Shown here piece after piece: positions 30,767-40,321 of a stretch of 64,000 nt of DNA. Location of the stretch: assembly GCA_038883335.1 (NCBI GenBank), contig JAVZMI010000001.1, forward strand, positions 51,696 through 115,695. The letters are read 5' to 3'. A program made the translations under genes and the position numbers. The notes beneath the pieces were generated by a model. It saw only the letters and a program-made list of their open reading frames with translations, was not told the origin of the DNA and searched no databases. Position 1 is the stretch's first letter; each line of letters opens with the position of its first letter. The stretch comes from Candidatus Bathyarchaeia archaeon. Its GTDB lineage: Archaea; Thermoproteota; Bathyarchaeia; Hecatellales; Hecatellaceae.

Positions 30767-30966
30767 GGATGCATAGCGAAAATCCCAACAAAGGGAATTG
30801 AAACTGTTGTAGACCCTGAAATTAAGACGCTCTACCGAAACTACGGATGCATAGCGAAAATCCCAACAAAGGGAATTGAAACTTTTAAATAAGCTTCAAT
30901 TGCGGTGTTTTGGCTCATTATCGCGGGGGGATGCATAGCGAAAATCCCAACAAAGGGAATTGAAAG
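30767..30966 (+). CRISPR. Orphan CRISPR mini-array with three 38-nt repeats (GGATGCATAGCGAAAATCCCAACAAAGGGAATTGAAAC) and two spacers (40 and 46 nt)
   Basis: The repeats lie at 30767-30804, 30845-30882 and 30929-30966. The last repeat ends G instead of C. The repeat ends in ATTGAAAC, the typical 8-nt 5' handle of Cas6-processed crRNA. No cas genes occur in the window. Confidence 0.6.
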
Positions 30967-31038
30967 ATATGGGAAAGGTTTAACCGTGAATTACACGCTA
31001 AAAAGCTTTATATTGCGATATTGTTCTTCGTTTTTTGT

Positions 31039-31210
31039 CCCGCGGTAGCTCAGCCTGGAAGAGCTTCCGATCCTCGTGAAATAGCTGGGGAGGAGATGCT
31101 GTAGAGTTTGCCCGACGGGTAGACCCACCAGCCTTCCAGGCCAACAGAAACCGGAGTGTCGCAGGCTCAAAACTTCCACCGCGAAGGTGAGAATCCTGCC
31201 CGCGGGACCA
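31039..31210 (+). tRNA. Intron-containing tRNA gene (pre-tRNA about 172 nt), identity unresolved
   Basis: The 5' end carries acceptor stem CCCGCGG, then U8A9 and the D-arm GCUC-AGCCUGGAA-GAGC. The 3' end carries ...GCAGG...CCUGC-CCGCGGG-A-CCA, a 7-bp acceptor complement with an encoded CCA. About 95 nt of extra sequence lies between the halves, probably one intron in the anticodon region and one in the T-loop. The anticodon could not be assigned by eye. Confidence 0.5.
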
Positions 31211-31211
31211 A

Positions 31212-31919
31212 TTAAACTATCAGAAATTCATCAAGACACCTTAGTACAGCTAAGAGATCCTTAACTTCATGATCCGGTCTAGTTTGATCCCGAAATACAC
31301 GCTCACCTCTTCTATTAACCCAAATAGCCTTAACCCCCACTGCCTTCGCGGGTAGGATGTCGTGGGTGAGGTTGTCTCCTATGGTGACAGTCTCTCCTGG
31401 CTGCGAGTTAGAGAACTCCAAGGCTTCGCTGTAGAAGCGCGGGTCACTCTTACGGTAGCCTAAGATTTTCTCCTCCAAGGCTAATTCAAAATACACCCTA
31501 GACCCGAACTTCTCGACGCATTCAACCTTCTCTTGAGCGTGGCTCCCGGTTGCCAAACAGAGTTTGTATCCACGATCCTTAAGCATGTTAAGGAAATGGA
31601 AGGTCTCAGGATAGAAGGTAGGATTCCTCCAACAGTCCACCTCAGCCTCATAGTAGCCTTCTAAGATGCGTCTAACAGAAGACCTGTCGTAGGGGATGCC
31701 GAGATACTTGAAGAGCAACTTGCAATGAAATTCCCCATCGTCATGCCTCTCCGGGTAGAACTCGTGGACAAGTTCCCTATGGATATAGTAACAGTAGAGC
31801 TCCCAAAGCTTTGCCCCGCTAATGGGGAGTATGCCTTCAAGCCGCTCAGCAAACTTTGAATCCGAGTTGTGAAGCGTATTATCGTAATCTAACAGCACAG
31901 TCTTGATGTGCCGAACCAT
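31212..31919 (-). CDS. HAD-superfamily hydrolase
   Basis: 235 aa with the N-terminal nucleophile motif LLDYDNTLH and the C-terminal TIGDNLTHDILPAKAVGVKAIWVNR (motifs III/IV). Confidence 0.7.
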   Translation of the reverse strand: MVRHIKTVLLDYDNTLHNSDSKFAERLEGILPISGAKLWELYCYYIHRELVHEFYPERHDDGEFHCKLLFKYLGIPYDRSSVRRILEGYYEAEVDCWRNPTFYPETFHFLNMLKDRGYKLCLATGSHAQEKVECVEKFGSRVYFELALEEKILGYRKSDPRFYSEALEFSNSQPGETVTIGDNLTHDILPAKAVGVKAIWVNRRGERVFRDQTRPDHEVKDLLAVLRCLDEFLIV

Positions 31920-31954
31920 AAGTTTTCTAATATGACGAGGTTATATTTAGCAGT

Positions 31955-34195
31955 CTACTCGAATTCTGAGAGAGCCCTCTGCTCCGACTTTTCAGCTTTC
32001 AGCATACCTAACTCCTCCCTCTTGATAAGCCCCCCAACCTGCTCCTTTATCACCTTAGCTATCCGTGAACCTATACCAGGCACAGCCATAAGCTCAGACA
32101 CACTAGCCCGCCTCAACTCGCCGAGACTCCGAAGCCCCCGACTGTAGAGAGCACGAGCCCTAACCCTCCCCACACCCTCCAGTGCTACCAGAGGTATGAG
32201 CTCAGCCTTGACGCCGTACTGAACCCGAATCTTCAACTCACCTATCCTCGGAAGGAGATCCTCGCACTTGAAGAGAGACGCCAACTCATGGGTGGCGTAG
32301 AGCAGCCAACTAACCGTCTCAACCAGCCTGTAAAGGTCACCTGGCTCAACCTTGTATAACTCCAAGATGTCATTCTCCTTAGCTTCCTCAATCCAATGCA
32401 TAATAACATTAACGCACTTCAACTCTCCTAAGAAGGTCTCATATTCAACATAGTTATGCCAAGGGTCAGGCGCTTTAAACACCAGCTCATCCTCATGTTC
32501 CCCAAGAAAAACCTGAAGATCCTGCAATTCTCGACGGCTGGGGTAGAGCCTAGGGGCCACATCCGGCGTGTGGCAGACGATATTGAGCAGGCTCACATCA
32601 GTAAGGCGTGAAGCGCGGTTCAGCAAGCCGTCCCTTATGGTCACGGCGGATTCAGGGTCGATGTAAAGTTCTGAAGTTCTACGGCCAAAGCTAGTGGCCT
32701 CTATAAACTTCCCCCTAGGCTTCACCAGTCCATTATCTATAAGGTAGTCTAAAGCCTCAAGAACTGGCCGCTTCACAATCTTCGCCCCATATTGGTGCGC
32801 GTAAAATGTCTCGCTGAAAAAATCTAAGAGGCCAGCTTCCGTATTGGCGAAGCCTGAGGCGATGGTGGCTAGGGTGTGTGATCTGAGAACTCTACCTATG
32901 GCCAGCTTCGACTGGATCTTTTCAGGTTCAGCGCATATATACGCTTCCATGAGACTCTCCTGTTCGTCGAATGTTTTAGCTATCAGAATAGCCTCCCCGA
33001 ACTCGTCATACTTCGGCCGGCCAGCCCTCCCAGCCATCTGCTTATACTCAAATGTGGGGATCTCAACTCGACCGTAACCAGGTTCGTAACGGAGGTAGCT
33101 ATTTATGATGACGGCTCTAGCTGGGAGGTTTACACCTGCCGCAAGCGTCGGAGTGGCCACAAGCAGTTTTATAACTCCTCTACGGAAATAGTCCTCTAAG
33201 ATCTTCCTGTGGCGATGATGGATTCCAGCATGGTGGACAGCTACACCGCCCCTTACAAGTTCGGCTATCAACTCGCTGAGCCGCGTCCTCTCGCTAACCT
33301 CCAAGATCTCCTCAGAGATGGCGGCTAGGGATCTCTTCTGGCTTGGGGAGAGTAGTTCTTTTATGGCAGAGGAGCCTTTCTGGGCTAGGGTCATGGCGGC
33401 TTTCCGAGTCTCAGCAAAGATCAAAGCTTGCCCACCCTCCTTTACAGTCTTAACCGCGAGGTTCAGAGCTTGGTTTGGATGGAAACGTGTAATCTTGACT
33501 GAGCCACCGTCCTTGTAGAAGATCTGGTCGTGGATGAGAACTCCTTCCCTCAGCGGAATTGGGCGCCAATCCGTCTTTACACAGTCGCCCCCCAGCCACT
33601 CAGCCACTTCCTCAGCATTACGGACTGTGGCGCTGAGTGCAAGGATGTGCAAGCTTGGGTTTATATGCTTGAGTCGTGCTAAGGCAACCTCTAGAGTAGG
33701 CCCCCTATCACTATCTTGGAGTAGGTGAACTTCATCCGCAACTACAAGAGAGACATCCCCAACCCAGTAAGCTCTGTGACGGATTAGACTCTCAACTTTC
33801 TCGTTGGTAGCAATAATCAAGTCGTATTTTGCAAGATAGGAGTCGCTACTATCATAGTCCCCCGTTGATATAGCTATGCGTATAGGGTCTCCATTCGCCT
33901 TTCTGAGACGTGTATACTTCCGAAAATCATCAAACTTCTCAGAGGCGAGAGCCCTTAAGGGTGTTAGATAAAGGACTTTGCCGTCCTTCTCAAGGATGTG
34001 TTTCAGCGCACAGAGCTCCGCAATAAGGGTCTTCCCAGAGGCGGTAGGACTCGCCAAGACAAGATTACGGCCTTGAAGTACCCCTTTCCTAATAGCCTCC
34101 TCCTGAGGTGGATACAGTTCACTATATCCTGCAGCCGAAAGGACTTCTTTAGCCTCTTTAGGAATCTCCAAATCTTCGATGCGCAAAGATCTCAA
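31955..34195 (-). CDS. Hel308/Hjm-type Ski2-like DNA helicase
   Basis: 746 aa with Walker A ASPTASGKT, a DEVH box and a C-terminal winged-helix/HhH region (MAVPGIGSRIAKVIKE). Confidence 0.85.
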   Translation of the reverse strand: MRSLRIEDLEIPKEAKEVLSAAGYSELYPPQEEAIRKGVLQGRNLVLASPTASGKTLIAELCALKHILEKDGKVLYLTPLRALASEKFDDFRKYTRLRKANGDPIRIAISTGDYDSSDSYLAKYDLIIATNEKVESLIRHRAYWVGDVSLVVADEVHLLQDSDRGPTLEVALARLKHINPSLHILALSATVRNAEEVAEWLGGDCVKTDWRPIPLREGVLIHDQIFYKDGGSVKITRFHPNQALNLAVKTVKEGGQALIFAETRKAAMTLAQKGSSAIKELLSPSQKRSLAAISEEILEVSERTRLSELIAELVRGGVAVHHAGIHHRHRKILEDYFRRGVIKLLVATPTLAAGVNLPARAVIINSYLRYEPGYGRVEIPTFEYKQMAGRAGRPKYDEFGEAILIAKTFDEQESLMEAYICAEPEKIQSKLAIGRVLRSHTLATIASGFANTEAGLLDFFSETFYAHQYGAKIVKRPVLEALDYLIDNGLVKPRGKFIEATSFGRRTSELYIDPESAVTIRDGLLNRASRLTDVSLLNIVCHTPDVAPRLYPSRRELQDLQVFLGEHEDELVFKAPDPWHNYVEYETFLGELKCVNVIMHWIEEAKENDILELYKVEPGDLYRLVETVSWLLYATHELASLFKCEDLLPRIGELKIRVQYGVKAELIPLVALEGVGRVRARALYSRGLRSLGELRRASVSELMAVPGIGSRIAKVIKEQVGGLIKREELGMLKAEKSEQRALSEFE

Positions 34196-34212
34196 CCGGT
34201 CATTAGAGAGGG

Positions 34213-36273
34213 TTAAGCCCGAGCCCTTTTCACATAGCCATCCCGAGGGGTATATATGGTGCCATCACTCTTCAGCCGCCGCACATAGCCCTCAGCGTTA
34301 CTCCTACTTATCTTGTATTCGGCTTCGAGACGTTGATAGAGCACTTCAAGGTCAACCTCACCTGCCTCTTTCTCTATTTCTCCTATCAACTTTAACGTGG
34401 TGGTCAAACCTTCTTTCACAGTCTTAGGAACCCCAGTCATCACAACATCAATGTCCACCAACCCTGCCTCCCTAACCGCGCCAACATCTCTGAGGGACTT
34501 CTCCATTATCTTGATTGCCGCCTCAGCATCCATAGCAGTCACAGTGTCCCTCAGAGCAGCTCTCGCTCTGGCCTCAGCCAACCTGACTAAAGCCTCCAGC
34601 TGCCGCGCAGTTATAGCGATGGGGGACTCTTCCAGATCGCTACCAGATGACTCCCTCATCTTCAAATAGAAGCTTCTAAGCCGCTTAGCCGCCTCCTCAC
34701 TTAGCTTGGGGTGTACCCTTGTTTTAGCGTAGCTTATGTATTTTCTTAGGAGATCAGCAGGTATCGGTGGCGCGGCAGCTGAGCCGGCTGACCTGTGAAC
34801 TTTTAGGATGTGCTCCGAGAGAGCCTCGTCGAAATCCCTAGCTGGTTTGTCTTTCTGTATGAATATAAGGTCGAATCTTGAAAGTATGACTATGGGGATG
34901 TTAATATTCTCGGATACTGTCAACCGGTCCTCATACCGCCCGAACTTTGGGTTTGCCGCAGCCAGTATCGACGCCCGCGCATTCAAGGTAGCCACGATAC
35001 CAGCCTTAGCCACGCTGACAGTCTGCTGCTCCATCATCTCATGCATAGCTACACGATCCTCATCTCTCATCTTGTCGATCTCGTCCACTGAAGCTAAACC
35101 TTTATCGGCGAGTACAAGAGCGCCAGCCTCAAGTGCCATTCCCCCACTTTTCTCCCTCAGAACCGCTGCGGTGAGGCCGGCGGCGGTAGTTCCACGCCCA
35201 GTCGTGAAAAGCCCTCGAGGTGATAGGCGGGCTACATATCGCAGTAGCTGAGACTTCGCCGTTCCCGGATCTCCCACTAAAAGTACATGAATATCTCCAC
35301 GTATCGAGACACCCTCTGGTGTTGTCTTGGGCACGCCTCCAAAGAGGAGGTATACGATAGCTTCTTTGATGTCCTCATACCCATAGATAGTCGGCGCAAT
35401 TGAGTCTACAAGATCTTTGTAAAGAAATTCTCTCCTAGCAATCTCCTTTATTTTCCTCTCGTCTTCCGGAGATATCTCTACCTCACCAGTCTCGGTGCTG
35501 ACCGTCTCGATGTGGTTTGCGTCGATTGAAACAGTGAAAGTCCTGAGGCGTCCTTTCCCTGGGATGAACTCTGGCTTAGCCCTGACGACGCCGGTCACTT
35601 TTACCCGATCCCCAGGTCTCGCTGTATCTACAAGGTCGTCTAGAGCTGTAACTTCGATGAAACGGGGAAGCTGCCCTGGAGGTAGATCTTCAGGTCTCTC
35701 CTGAACCCTGAATTCCTGGCAATCCATAAACATGGACTTCTCAACGATGAGTTCGAAGCCTCTCTCCCTCCGGCAGGAGGGGTTCTCGCATCGCGAGGGC
35801 GGTCTAACAAAGGGGCCCTCTTGGTGTTTGAAGATTGTCTCTCCACAGCGGCACTTGAAGGCTGCCTCTACGAGTAAAGGGCGCACTGGGGTGGCGCGTA
35901 TTACAATCCCATCAAAGGAGACCAGTCGGTCAATCTGGTCGGAGCATATCTTTCTGAGGGATGTAGGCTCTAGAAGATTCTTGAATCTAACATAGATTCG
36001 CGTCTTCTTGACAGTCTCAGCATACTCAGGCGCCTCCACCCTCAATTGTGCTAGGAGGGCCTCTCTCGCTTCCTCTTGGTAGGTATCAAAGTTTTTTTGC
36101 AACTTCTGCGCAATGCTACTGTCGAAGATAGATAGATCTAGAAAATCAACTTCGAGAGAACGTCTACCCTCTACCGCCATTTGTTTGATCAGCGTCCTAT
36201 ATTTATTTCCTCTAAAGAACTCTTGGAGCTTTTCCTTAACGTCAAGCGAGGTCTCAACAGCCAACTCATTCAT
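34213..36273 (-). CDS. mcm: MCM replicative helicase
   Basis: 686 aa with the N-terminal Zn finger CRCGE...C..C, Walker A GDPGTAKSQLL, Walker B IDEIDKM and an arginine-finger region. Confidence 0.9.
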   Translation of the reverse strand: MNELAVETSLDVKEKLQEFFRGNKYRTLIKQMAVEGRRSLEVDFLDLSIFDSSIAQKLQKNFDTYQEEAREALLAQLRVEAPEYAETVKKTRIYVRFKNLLEPTSLRKICSDQIDRLVSFDGIVIRATPVRPLLVEAAFKCRCGETIFKHQEGPFVRPPSRCENPSCRRERGFELIVEKSMFMDCQEFRVQERPEDLPPGQLPRFIEVTALDDLVDTARPGDRVKVTGVVRAKPEFIPGKGRLRTFTVSIDANHIETVSTETGEVEISPEDERKIKEIARREFLYKDLVDSIAPTIYGYEDIKEAIVYLLFGGVPKTTPEGVSIRGDIHVLLVGDPGTAKSQLLRYVARLSPRGLFTTGRGTTAAGLTAAVLREKSGGMALEAGALVLADKGLASVDEIDKMRDEDRVAMHEMMEQQTVSVAKAGIVATLNARASILAAANPKFGRYEDRLTVSENINIPIVILSRFDLIFIQKDKPARDFDEALSEHILKVHRSAGSAAAPPIPADLLRKYISYAKTRVHPKLSEEAAKRLRSFYLKMRESSGSDLEESPIAITARQLEALVRLAEARARAALRDTVTAMDAEAAIKIMEKSLRDVGAVREAGLVDIDVVMTGVPKTVKEGLTTTLKLIGEIEKEAGEVDLEVLYQRLEAEYKISRSNAEGYVRRLKSDGTIYTPRDGYVKRARA

Positions 36274-36826
36274 CCTCCTGCAAAGGCCAAACTGCTGACT
36301 GCCACTTCTCTACCTCTCCACGAAGTCTCTCATAGAGGGCTCTCTCTTCAGGGGTTAGATTCTGGAATATTGTATCAGATTTACTGTTTAGAGAGGTAAA
36401 GAGAAGGATCTTATTGAGGCGACAGGTGAGAATGTCAATGGACAGCTGGACTGCTTTCTGTAACTCAGCCGCTTTTGCAGGGTTCGCGTAACTTTCTTCC
36501 CTGAGAACTTTAATGAACCTCTTTAAACGTGGGTAGAAATTTTCTGGGAGACCGGAGAGGCGTCGACTGGTTTGCATTGTCTCTTTTAAGTGAATCTTGT
36601 GGAGCTCTGCTAGGTTTATGGGTTCTCTTTCGGGCTGCAACCGTGCCAGACCTAACTTTATGAGCGCCTCAGCTACCCACATCCTAACCTTGAACTGTGT
36701 GTTCTCCACATAAGGGCCGATCTCCTCTCCGGCTACAGTAAGTTTTGGGATTTTCTTCGAAGCTATTAACGCTGCAGGACTGTGTTCATACCGTATATTA
36801 TACACGGTGAAGGGATGCGAAGACAT
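36266..36826 (-). CDS. Putative GINS subunit (Gins23-like), co-operonic with mcm
   Basis: 186 aa. Its stop overlaps the mcm start by 8 nt, as in crenarchaeal gins23-mcm operons. Sequence similarity to GINS was not verified. Confidence 0.35.
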   Translation of the reverse strand: MSSHPFTVYNIRYEHSPAALIASKKIPKLTVAGEEIGPYVENTQFKVRMWVAEALIKLGLARLQPEREPINLAELHKIHLKETMQTSRRLSGLPENFYPRLKRFIKVLREESYANPAKAAELQKAVQLSIDILTCRLNKILLFTSLNSKSDTIFQNLTPEERALYERLRGEVEKWQSAVWPLQEDE

Positions 36827-37319
36827 AGTTTAAACCGATTTGAGAGAGAAGCTTCTATATAATAGTCTTTTCTGGACAGACATTTTTACTGAATGCTACT
36901 GGTTCTTCTATCTTGGACTTTAAGCCGCTCAAAACATCTGACTTAAATAAACTGAGCCCTTTTCGTCGACGTGTTCCAAACTATTTTGAGGTTTACTCTT
37001 CTCCAAGAGGTCAGCGGAGGTACTTCTCCTCATCGGCCCTCTGTAGAGGGTCTAGGAGCAGGTCAGTCCACATCATCTAGAATGGTAAGATCTGGGTTAA
37101 TATTTAAACTTTTGACACATACAACCGCGGTAACTTGCACAGTGAACCGCCGGTAAAGCTTTCAAGGAAAGCTATTTTTACAGGTTTAACCGGCTGATAG
37201 CTAGCTCAATTGCCTCAAAAAGGGCACAAGAATGGAGGCTTCTACATGTCCTTTACTGGTTATGGAGCACCACTGAGATGTTGTTAATTCAAACCAGTAG
37301 TGCCATGTTAGCGGAGCGG

Positions 37320-37844
37320 TTATAGCTCGCCTCTTAGTAGGCGACTAAACCATAGCCTACAGTAACGGCGGAACTTGGAGAGGGTGGGGAAGACTTTTCT
37401 GGAGAAAAACTTCCAGCGCCATTCAATTAGAGCGCACGTGGTAGATGTTATCTCGAGTGCGAAGTATTGAAGCGTTGATAGGATGGATATTACACGTTCG
37501 ACGCCAGCGATATAACATGACGCCCCCACTAAGACAAGTAAAGCTAAAAAGAGGTCAAACGGAGCAATAGGTAGTCTTCTGTGTTGTTTAGCACTCGTTT
37601 CAGGCCGAACTGGGCTTGTATCCAAACGTTCTAGGCGATCTAAATCCTCCAAATACTTTATCCAGGCGGTGTAGCGGATGTTGTGACCTGGGCGAATCAT
37701 TATCCACTGCCTATTGTAGTCGCCTATAGCTGGATCGTAACCTTCAGGCGGCTTTCCGTATTTTTTAGCCAGCATCCTGAGTTTGTATTTTCTAATCTCT
37801 TCGGGGGAGAAATCGGACAAATTTTTTCTCAACTGAAATTTCAA
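37320..37844 (-). CDS. Hypothetical membrane protein
   Basis: 174 aa with a basic N-terminus and 2 predicted TM helices. Confidence 0.3.
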   Translation of the reverse strand: MKFQLRKNLSDFSPEEIRKYKLRMLAKKYGKPPEGYDPAIGDYNRQWIMIRPGHNIRYTAWIKYLEDLDRLERLDTSPVRPETSAKQHRRLPIAPFDLFLALLVLVGASCYIAGVERVISILSTLQYFALEITSTTCALIEWRWKFFSRKVFPTLSKFRRYCRLWFSRLLRGEL

Positions 37845-38024
37845 CAGCCACTCGTATAAGTATTTCTAACCGTCTACATGGAAGTGTTAGAATGCTTTGG
37901 CAAGCTGCAGAGGGTATATTAATTCGCTTAGGAGGGACAATCTATCCGGGGCTTGGTTAAGTAACTCTTTTAAGAAGGGGTAAAGAGCTTCATATCTTGC
38001 GAGTTAAGGGGTAAGTTTGGGTGA

Positions 38025-38420
38025 TTGGTGATGGGTTCCGAGGCTGATGCTGACCTGGAAATGTTGAAGATGAGGAAGCTTTTAGAGATAAGGCGGAAGC
38101 TTAAGGAGGCAACAGCCGCGCCTAAGCCCCCTCACATCGTAGATAACTGGGCAATCGTAGGTGCCAAACTTGTCGGCAGAGGGAGAGAAGTGTTAGAGGC
38201 GGCGAAGGCTCAGTACCCTACGGAGACAGAGTTCATCGTGAAACAGCTTGCAGACCTTATAGTTACTAAGAAACTCGATGAGCCTCTTACAGGAGATGTT
38301 TTATTTGCACTATTTCGCCGTTTGGGGTTGAATTTGAGACTGGAAACTAAGATAGTATTCAGCGAACATGGCAAAGTTAAAAGTCTGGCTGAGAAACTAA
38401 TGGACACAAAGCTTACTTGA
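38025..38420 (+). CDS. Putative PDCD5/TFAR19-like dsDNA-binding protein
   Basis: 131 aa with an acidic N-terminus, then a helical LEMLKMRKLLEIRRKLKEA stretch. The pattern resembles the archaeal PDCD5 family. Confidence is low. Confidence 0.35.
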   Translation: MVMGSEADADLEMLKMRKLLEIRRKLKEATAAPKPPHIVDNWAIVGAKLVGRGREVLEAAKAQYPTETEFIVKQLADLIVTKKLDEPLTGDVLFALFRRLGLNLRLETKIVFSEHGKVKSLAEKLMDTKLT

Positions 38421-38424
38421 ATCT

Positions 38425-38781
38425 TCACCGTACGAGCCATGTTTCCTCTTCTTTCAAGCTAGCCGAGTCTGAAAATAGACGACGGAAGACGGCTACGTAT
38501 CCACGAAACTCAAGTTTGATCATCTCCTTTCCTCTCTGAGTTAGTCCATAGAGCTTTTTCTCAGCATTAGGAAGACTTTCGATTAGTCCATCTCTCCTCA
38601 ACGCTTCAATCGACGGGTAGACTGTGCCTGGGCTTAGTAGAACCATGAAGTGATTATGAATATAGCTGAGCACATCGTAACCGCACTTCGGGGAATCCTC
38701 TAGGGCTATAAGTATCAATAGATCTTTGAGGTTTTTCACACACCGTGTATAAACGTCCCTTGGAACTGGAATAACGGCCAC
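38425..38781 (-). CDS. PadR-family transcriptional regulator
   Basis: 118 aa with the wHTH ILIALEDSPKCGYDVLSYIHNHF...LSPGTVYPSIEALRRDGLIES (PadR signature). Confidence 0.7.
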   Translation of the reverse strand: MAVIPVPRDVYTRCVKNLKDLLILIALEDSPKCGYDVLSYIHNHFMVLLSPGTVYPSIEALRRDGLIESLPNAEKKLYGLTQRGKEMIKLEFRGYVAVFRRLFSDSASLKEEETWLVR

Positions 38782-38790
38782 CCACCCCCA

Positions 38791-39477
38791 TCAAGGAGTT
38801 GTATTTGAATTTATCCGTGGAGATAACTCCTCACGCTTGAAAGCAATGGTTGGATCTGGGGAAGATGCTGTAGAGTTTTTGAGGTTAGAGTTGCGTCCTT
38901 CAGAGTTTATGTGTGGGAAAGGTTGCTGGCAATATTTTGTCACGGGGCAGCCTTGGCATCGATTTTTCTGGTAGAAGAAGCACTCGAGGCAGCTATTCCC
39001 ACATGGGGTTCTTTCCAGCATTTCGGAGATTTTGAGTAGCGGCAGATGCGTTGGTTTCTCAAAGTTTCCAAAACTGACCTCTATATTCTTGAAAAGTGGA
39101 TTTAGGCGGAAATTCCTTTCAATCACCGCGCACAATGTATTGTAATCTTCAGCGGCTACCGTGGCTACTAAATTGTGAGCCCCAGTGCACGTGACTAAGC
39201 TCAGAACTCGTGGGCAGGCTTCTAGTACTTCGATGTATTGAGTGAGCCCATTTAAGTCGCTGCATGAGCAACTTACAACAGCTATTGATAGTGCAAGCCT
39301 CTCAATGTGAACTAGAGGGGTGAATTTTATAATGTTCGACGAGACCAAATATGTGAGACGTCTCTTAACCTCTGTATCTGAGACTCCAACTAGGTAAGCT
39401 ATCGCCTTGAGTTTAAGTCTCCCGTTATCCGATAGTGCTCTAATGATCTTTGTGTCCGTTTCAGTCAATACCCTCAT
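38791..39477 (-). CDS. Lrp/AsnC-family regulator (HTH plus RAM domain) with a C-terminal Cys-rich, TRASH-like putative metal-binding extension
   Basis: 228 aa. Residues 1-60 form the HTH (TKIIRALSDNGRLKLKAIAYLVGVSDTEVKRRL). Residues 60-140 form the RAM domain. Then comes CGNSCLECFFYQKNRCQGCPVTKYC, six Cys in about 26 aa. Confidence 0.65.
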   Translation of the reverse strand: MRVLTETDTKIIRALSDNGRLKLKAIAYLVGVSDTEVKRRLTYLVSSNIIKFTPLVHIERLALSIAVVSCSCSDLNGLTQYIEVLEACPRVLSLVTCTGAHNLVATVAAEDYNTLCAVIERNFRLNPLFKNIEVSFGNFEKPTHLPLLKISEMLERTPCGNSCLECFFYQKNRCQGCPVTKYCQQPFPHINSEGRNSNLKNSTASSPDPTIAFKREELSPRINSNTTP

Positions 39478-39491
39478 CTTCTCAACCCTTT

Positions 39492-40316
39492 TTAGACTAT
39501 AACCTCAATCGGCTGTTGACTCACCACACCACACCCACCAGTGTAATCTACTGCAGTTTCCATTACAGGCTTGTGAGGCTGGGATAAATTCATAGCTATA
39601 CAGTCTGTCTTCTCCACTATCAACTCAATAGCCCTTCTCCAAAGTGGAGATTCAGCCAAGCATGGGAGGTAAACCTCCAGAGTATACTTGGCTCCCTTCG
39701 CGGTCAGCTTGAAATACCTAGAACTTGACCTCTCCTCTACTATAAAGCTCTCAAAGACTAGATCGGAGATAATCTCACACAACCTATCATAATTAAGCCA
39801 AGTTCCTGGATGAGAACTAGCAACCAAACCTTCTGGAGACCGAATGGCCCTTTCAGCCTCCAAATATTTGAGACAGTTATAGATCCAAGCTGCGGATGGC
39901 TTCGACAAACATGTTGGAATTTTAGACGCTCTCTCCCGTCTTAGTATCAGGTAAAGAATGAGCCCCCTTAAGGCCTCTTGTATACCTGCAGGCTGGTTCA
40001 CTAAAGATTTTAAGCGCTGAACTTCTTCGCTGAGAGAATAATGACTCCCCCAGGTTCCGAAGGCCTTATCCCCATAATCCTTGATCCTAGATAGCCCTAA
40101 ACCCGGCTCACTAACTGATCCGTCATCACACAGCTCAGCCACTTGCACATAATCAAGCGACGGTCTGCCGTCAAGGCGGCTCTGTGCCATCGTTAAGGAC
40201 GCTCTCTCTGCAAGGAAGTGGAGCCCTACAAGATAGCTTGAGTAATTTAATGAGTAATTTATCATACGCAACAGACTTGACTGTCTACTTACGACTGGTT
40301 CAACGATGAACCACAC
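39492..40316 (-). CDS. Hypothetical protein
   Basis: 274 aa with no recognised motif. It sits in the same operon as the Lrp-like and PadR regulators. Confidence 0.3.
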   Translation of the reverse strand: MWFIVEPVVSRQSSLLRMINYSLNYSSYLVGLHFLAERASLTMAQSRLDGRPSLDYVQVAELCDDGSVSEPGLGLSRIKDYGDKAFGTWGSHYSLSEEVQRLKSLVNQPAGIQEALRGLILYLILRRERASKIPTCLSKPSAAWIYNCLKYLEAERAIRSPEGLVASSHPGTWLNYDRLCEIISDLVFESFIVEERSSSRYFKLTAKGAKYTLEVYLPCLAESPLWRRAIELIVEKTDCIAMNLSQPHKPVMETAVDYTGGCGVVSQQPIEVIV

Positions 40317-40321
40317 ATCGG

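Noticed and set aside
30674-30892. Plus-strand 72-aa ORF containing the repeated peptide GCIAKIPTKGIET
   Set aside because: The repeated peptide is the translation of the CRISPR repeat, so the ORF is an artefact of the array.
36827-37319. A 490-nt non-coding gap searched for C/D-box sRNA, tRNA or other ncRNA
   Set aside because: Only weak C-box-like (tgatag/gtgatgg) and CUGA matches were found, without the proper C/D'/C'/D spacing or terminal stem. No D-arm or T-arm-like tRNA signatures were found.
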